IMG/VR virus record: IMGVR_UViG_3300002091_000096
Coordinates: 1 to 27,907 of that record
Length of the DNA: 27,907 nt
Direction: 5' to 3' (one strand)
Origin: a virus
Taxonomy: Duplodnaviria > Caudoviricetes
A program made the position numbers and the translations under genes. The notes below the pieces were generated by a model. The model worked only from the letters and a program-made list of their open reading frames with translations, was not told where the DNA came from and searched no databases. This document shows positions 23,678-27,907 of the stretch, piece by piece (within the stretch, counting starts at the first letter, position 1; every line of letters starts with the position of its first letter).

Positions 23678-23916
23678 CAGGGGCCTGCGTTCCGCCACAC
23701 ACCGCCGCTCCAGAAGTAGAGGCGATGGTTCGTGTCATCTACGATCATGGGAGCGAGCCCCGTCTGCGTGGCCGGCGTGCCGGTGGGCGTCCCCGCACAG
23801 GTCGGCACATAGAGGAAGCCGGTCGTCGCGTCGGTGGCGAGCGACGGTTGCCCGATGCGTTCAGCGACCGTGCGCCGCCATTGCTTTTCCGGGACGTACT
23901 GCGACAGCGCGGTCAT
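23677..23916 (-). CDS. Small virion protein
   Basis: MTALSQY..GFLYVPTCAGTPTG..DDTNHRLYFWSGGVW; stop/start overlaps on both sides. Confidence 0.65.
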   Translation of the reverse strand: MTALSQYVPEKQWRRTVAERIGQPSLATDATTGFLYVPTCAGTPTGTPATQTGLAPMIVDDTNHRLYFWSGGVWRNAGP

Positions 23917-24632
23917 GTCGGCGCGGGGTACGATCCGTCCGGGATGAACGGAGACAGGCGGGTCCACGGGTAATTGCGGCTGATGCTGAGTTTCGGCATA
24001 CCGCCGTCACGCGCCGCCGTGCGCTGTAGAAGCTCAATCCAGCCCTTGTATTCCTGCGCGTAGTCGAGGCCCTTGGCCCGCAGGAACCGCCAGCGCAGGC
24101 CACGCGAAACCAAGGTTTCATCAAAGATGCTGGTGTCTGTATCCGCAGTGAACGCGCTCTTGGTTGGAACCGTGTCGCCCGATGCGTAGACGTACAGTTT
24201 GGAGACGTACTCATAGGCGATGGTATCCGCAGCGGTCGGCGTCGGCGTCATGAGCCAGTCATTGCCGCGCAGCCGAAAGCCGTAATACATGGTGGTGAAG
24301 GTCGGCCCGGCCTTCTCCTGCTGCCACTGCTGCGGGCTCATCGGCCCCCACACAGGTCTGTCCTGCGTGCGGTCCCAAATCGAGCCGTCAAGGAAGCGCG
24401 CGAAGTCGGTCGCCAGTGCGCCGGTCTGGACTTCCGCAGCCGTGGCTGAGAACGTCTTTTGCTTGGTCAGCTTCACCCAGGCGTGATCCGGCCACGTCGC
24501 CAGTTCATAGCCTTCCTCGTTCAGGAGGTTGCGAAGCTGGATGACCTGCGTATCGGTCTGGCTAAATACCGCCGTGGGAACGGGCAGCGCCAGCCAAGCG
24601 CACGCGGTCTGAATGATCGAGAGAACAGTCAT
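23913..24632 (-). CDS. Head-tail adaptor (tail tubular protein A-like)
   Basis: MTVLSIIQ..W..L..GLRWRFLRAKGLDYAQE; position after the capsid genes. Confidence 0.75.
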   Translation of the reverse strand: MTVLSIIQTACAWLALPVPTAVFSQTDTQVIQLRNLLNEEGYELATWPDHAWVKLTKQKTFSATAAEVQTGALATDFARFLDGSIWDRTQDRPVWGPMSPQQWQQEKAGPTFTTMYYGFRLRGNDWLMTPTPTAADTIAYEYVSKLYVYASGDTVPTKSAFTADTDTSIFDETLVSRGLRWRFLRAKGLDYAQEYKGWIELLQRTAARDGGMPKLSISRNYPWTRLSPFIPDGSYPAPT

Positions 24633-25081
24633 CCCTTCTGGTCCGCCAATGTGCCTTGGTTGATCGTCCACGGGGCCGCCATGCCGCGCTTCTGTGCGGC
24701 AGCGGCGACGGCTGCCATCAGGTCGCCGCGCACGGTGCCATCGCTACCCCCCACGGGAATAGACGCGGGCATGGGCGGCACTTCTGGCGGCAAGGGCGAG
24801 GCTGTCACGTCAATCGGCGGCATGACCTGTGCCGGGGCGCCAGCCGGCGGCGCGGCCGGGGCCGGTGTCGTGTTCTGCACGACCTTGGCTGACGACTGCG
24901 GGAGGACGCCCGGTTGCCGTGCGAAGTCGGCAGCAGTCACGGGCGGGGGCACGGGGGCAGATGGCACCGTCACGGGGTCAGCAGGCAGTCGGCCGATCAA
25001 GAGGCGTGCCAGCTTCATGCTGACATCTTCCTGGGGCTTAGACATTGCCCGCTGAAAGCGATCCCTGACGGTGTCGGCCAT
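24629..25081 (-). CDS. Pro/Ala-rich hypothetical protein
   Basis: Co-oriented ORF filling the operon; ATGA overlap. Confidence 0.65.
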   Translation of the reverse strand: MADTVRDRFQRAMSKPQEDVSMKLARLLIGRLPADPVTVPSAPVPPPVTAADFARQPGVLPQSSAKVVQNTTPAPAAPPAGAPAQVMPPIDVTASPLPPEVPPMPASIPVGGSDGTVRGDLMAAVAAAAQKRGMAAPWTINQGTLADQKG

Positions 25082-25083
25082 GG

Positions 25084-25716
25084 TTATGCTGCCTTGCGCT
25101 GCTTGGTTGGCTTCTCGTCGAGGTCTTCCAGCTTGGCGAGGCGGCCGGCGAGATCCTGCACCGTCTTCTCCAGCCGGCCGTTCTTCTCGCGCTCCGCTTC
25201 CAGTTCGGCGGCGAGCTTGGCGACGGGCGCCTGCCCTTCGCGCTGGTCGAGGTACGCCTGCGCCATGCGCTGATACTTGTGGAAGCCCATGATCGGGGTC
25301 GTGCCGGCCATGCTGGCAAGCCCCTCGACCGTGTGAATGTTCATCGCCTTCAGCGTCGCACGCATCGCGGCGTCGAGGCCGGAGAGTTCAGCCAGGGGAA
25401 TGCCCATCAGGTCGGGCGGTGCATCGCCGCGCTTGAAGGCTTCGATCTGTGGGCCGTAGCGGTCAACGGCGTCCTTGCTCACGGTAATCTTGCCGTGCGG
25501 GTCTTTGCGTTCGCAAACCTTGGTGGCCTCGCTCCGGGTCATGCCGGGCGCCGAAATGAATGCCAGCAGGATGGTGTCGAACAGGGGAGCTCCAGCCTTG
25601 TCGCTTTCCGCCTCGTTCTTCTCGGTCTGCCACTCGAAGCGGATATAGACAGCTTCCTTGGGGTTCTGCGGGTCTACAACCTTGAAGATCGCGGGGTCGC
25701 TCAATACTGCCTCCAT
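25084..25716 (-). CDS. Hypothetical head-region protein
   Basis: F.....NEAES..AG.P.FD..; NIHTVEGLA; C-terminal coiled coil. Confidence 0.8.
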   Translation of the reverse strand: MEAVLSDPAIFKVVDPQNPKEAVYIRFEWQTEKNEAESDKAGAPLFDTILLAFISAPGMTRSEATKVCERKDPHGKITVSKDAVDRYGPQIEAFKRGDAPPDLMGIPLAELSGLDAAMRATLKAMNIHTVEGLASMAGTTPIMGFHKYQRMAQAYLDQREGQAPVAKLAAELEAEREKNGRLEKTVQDLAGRLAKLEDLDEKPTKQRKAA

Positions 25717-25739
25717 GCCGCTCGTGCGGGTCCGGTTGA

Positions 25740-25775
25740 AAGAGAAAGAAAAGACGGGGGCCGAAGCCCCCGCCC
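25740..25775 (-). terminator. Intrinsic terminator after capsid/decoration genes
   Basis: GCGGGGGC-TTCG-GCCCCCGT followed by CTTTTCTTTCTCTTT. Confidence 0.85.
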
Positions 25776-25781
25776 TGGTGG

Positions 25782-26315
25782 TTAGAGGATCTGGCCCTGC
25801 GCGTGCGGCCGGTCGATCGTGTAGACCGCCTTGTTGGCAGACGGCACACCGTTGGCCGAGAAGGCCGACATGCCCAGCACCTGCTTGCCGTTGACCTGCG
25901 TGGTCGAGACGGTAGCCGTCGCCTGCCAGAAGGCCTTGTCACCAGCCGCCACGGTGCCGTTGGTGTTCACGACGGCCGCGCCGCCGATCTGGTACCAACT
26001 GTACGTGGTGGCCGAGGTATTGGCCGTCATGGCGATAGCGAGCGCCTTGCCGGTGCCGGCAGTGCCAGCCCAGCGAACGACCGTCGCGTCAGTCAGCGCC
26101 GCAACGCCGGCCGACAGGTTGTATTCGACGACATCACCGACCGCGAGCGAAGCAACGCCGGGGAGGTAGATGAATTCGCCAACCCCATAGAGGCCGGTGG
26201 TGTCGAAGAAGCGCTTGATCGTGCCGATAGCTTGCGTCGCCGGGGTATCGGCCGAGGCGCCGGGGACGCTGCCCCCAAGCTGGAGGTCGAGGCTTGCCCA
26301 AGTTGCGGTAGTCAT
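25782..26315 (-). CDS. Capsid decoration/cement protein
   Basis: Follows the MCP; GEFIYL.G...VGD and Y.WYQIGG.A motifs; AAGGAG SD. Confidence 0.7.
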   Translation of the reverse strand: MTTATWASLDLQLGGSVPGASADTPATQAIGTIKRFFDTTGLYGVGEFIYLPGVASLAVGDVVEYNLSAGVAALTDATVVRWAGTAGTGKALAIAMTANTSATTYSWYQIGGAAVVNTNGTVAAGDKAFWQATATVSTTQVNGKQVLGMSAFSANGVPSANKAVYTIDRPHAQGQIL

Positions 26316-26341
26316 TTGATGTTCTCCTTTTCCTGGGCCGG

Positions 26342-27292
26342 TTACTTACAAACCGCCTGGACGAAGCCGTTGGCCAATGTCATGTTGCCGGCGAACCCGA
26401 TGAGCTTGACCATCGCGTCCTGGTTGGTGCTGAAGCGGTCCGGGTTCAGCGGGACCATGTTGCGGTCGCGATGGGGCCGGTAGTAGATATAGTCGGTGTT
26501 CAGGCCGTAGACGTGGCTGGACGGGGCGCCGCCACCGAAGCCGCCGTCAAGGACGAAGTCGCCGCCCATGAACTTCAGCGCTTGGAAGCCGGCCGAGGCC
26601 ATCTTGTCAGACGTGATGCGCTGGATGGCCTGGAGCGAGCCGAGATAGGCCAGCCAAGCGGTGTTGTCGGACAGCCAGAGGTCAATCTGGTCCTTGCCGC
26701 GCGTGGTCTGGGCGAAGGCCGAGTTCAGGCCGGTCTGGATAGCCGCCGCCGTAAAGGTCGTGCTGACCGCAATGTTGCGATAGAAGGTCCACGTCGCGCG
26801 GTTGATGCCGCCCACGGTGCCCGAGGACGGGGTATCCGCCACCAGCAACTGGAGGCCGCCGATCTGCTTGCCACCCGAGGCGGTGCCATCGGAATAGCAA
26901 TCGACCGCGATGTTGTTCATCATGGTCTTTTCGGCGTTCTTGATCCGGCTTTCGAGCAGGTCGATCACGGCGTCGGGGCCGCTGTTCTGCAACTCTTCGA
27001 GGCCCGACATGGAGACGGCGACAGCCGCCTGCTTCCAGTCGAACTCGGCCGCCGTGAACACGTCGGACGGGGCAATGCTGACCGTGTCGTAACCGGAGTA
27101 GCGCGTGAACGTGCCGTTCTCGGCGTACTCGAGTTCCTGCACGATGGTGCGGCCACCGGGGACCGGCTTGACGTTGCCCTTCTCGCTCAGGCGATAGAGC
27201 AGCGCGTTGTTCTTGGTCACGTTGTCCGCCAGCTTCTTCTGCCGATGGACCAGCGTGGTGGTTGCGATTTCCGAATAATTCGGGGAAGCCAT
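26342..27292 (-). CDS. Major capsid protein (podovirus type)
   Basis: TTTL..RQKKLADNVTKNNALL..L..KG..GGRTI..ELEYAEN..YSGYD; highly biased codons; AGGAG SD. Confidence 0.92.
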   Translation of the reverse strand: MASPNYSEIATTTLVHRQKKLADNVTKNNALLYRLSEKGNVKPVPGGRTIVQELEYAENGTFTRYSGYDTVSIAPSDVFTAAEFDWKQAAVAVSMSGLEELQNSGPDAVIDLLESRIKNAEKTMMNNIAVDCYSDGTASGGKQIGGLQLLVADTPSSGTVGGINRATWTFYRNIAVSTTFTAAAIQTGLNSAFAQTTRGKDQIDLWLSDNTAWLAYLGSLQAIQRITSDKMASAGFQALKFMGGDFVLDGGFGGGAPSSHVYGLNTDYIYYRPHRDRNMVPLNPDRFSTNQDAMVKLIGFAGNMTLANGFVQAVCK

Positions 27293-27302
27293 CTATTTTC
27301 TC

Positions 27303-27907
27303 CTAGACCGCCCCCGTGTGCTGTCTCACAGCCGCGAGGAGGTCTTCACGAATGCTTGCGTTTGGATTGCCGGAGCCGTTGAGCGAGGCCGCTCCCGGCA
27401 CAGGCGACCCGGTGATTGAGGCGCGCTGGGCATTACGTGCCCGCTCCACCTCCGCAGCTTTCTTGCGATCCGCTTCCTCGGCTTGCGTCGCCAACAGGGA
27501 CGACCGAATGGCCGGATTGGCCCAAGTTGCCATCTCGTAGGCTTCATCCATCGTCTTGGCGTGACCCGATTCCATGAGTTGACCCATATGGGTCCGAACG
27601 TCGTTGAAATACGGATGCGCCGGGTCGCTAGCGAAGGCGTCGATCTGGCTTTGAAGCTGCTGAGTCTGCTGTTGCTGAAACCCGCCAAGGATCGGCTGGA
27701 GTTTCTGGTCAACGAGTTGCGCTAGCGTGGCTTGAAAGTCCGGCTGCTGGCCCTGAGTGGATGCCTGGGGCTGTCCACTGAAAGCGGCGCGCGGGTCAAT
27801 ACCACGGGCACGGAGAATATGTTCCGCCAATTGCACTGGATTGTCAACCGACATGCGGGCGAACTGCATCATCTGGCGCTGGGCCTCGACGACGGAGCCG
27901 GCCTGAT
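27303..27907 (-). CDS. Capsid scaffolding protein, C-terminal part (continues across the circle junction)
   Basis: Directly upstream of the MCP; Q-rich, HPYFNDVR..M..L..AYE.A.WANP.IR, ends SIREDL; frame open through the contig end. Confidence 0.8.
   Translation of the reverse strand, partial: QAGSVVEAQRQMMQFARMSVDNPVQLAEHILRARGIDPRAAFSGQPQASTQGQQPDFQATLAQLVDQKLQPILGGFQQQQTQQLQSQIDAFASDPAHPYFNDVRTHMGQLMESGHAKTMDEAYEMATWANPAIRSSLLATQAEEADRKKAAEVERARNAQRASITGSPVPGAASLNGSGNPNASIREDLLAAVRQHTGAV
27847..27907 (+). repeat. Terminal direct repeat, right copy
   Basis: Identical to nt 1-61. Confidence 0.98.

Larger units (their letters stand above)
1..27907. mobile_element. Temperate podovirus-like phage genome in circular (attP-containing) form, apparently lacking packaging and replication modules
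   Basis: Integrase/Xis, CI/Cro, lysis, tail and capsid genes in lambdoid order; sequence ends overlap; no host genes. Confidence 0.93.

Noticed and set aside
26471-27382. 303-aa plus-strand ORF
   Set aside because: Antisense shadow of the codon-biased capsid gene.

Overview
A circularly assembled (61-bp terminal overlap, 27,846-bp unique) temperate, short-tailed (podovirus-like) phage genome of a probable alphaproteobacterial host (GC-rich, GapR/DUF2312 homologue). It carries a CI/Cro switch, an ERF/NinB-like recombination operon, Xis and a tyrosine integrase with an intact attP, a lysis cassette (holin, GH24 endolysin, Rz/Rz1), tail fibres, ejection proteins, tail/adaptor proteins, a major capsid protein and a scaffold. 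I can recognise no terminase, portal or replication gene. The Cro early operon runs in frame into a 5'-truncated scaffold gene near nt 100-130, which suggests a large deletion, a helper-dependent circle or a mis-join. Fine-scale signals include: an HNH endonuclease that brought a synonymously recoded copy of the endolysin 3' end and left the old end as a coupling mini-ORF; an attP core encoding the C-terminus of a host VOC/glyoxalase-like gene; a hairpin-sequestered leader ORF coupled to the holin; a three-hairpin RNA with CUCCC loops plus terminator; an orphaned tail-fibre C-terminus; and a PAPS-reductase/lipoprotein pair inside the ejection-protein block. All protein calls come from motif recognition and synteny, not database searches.
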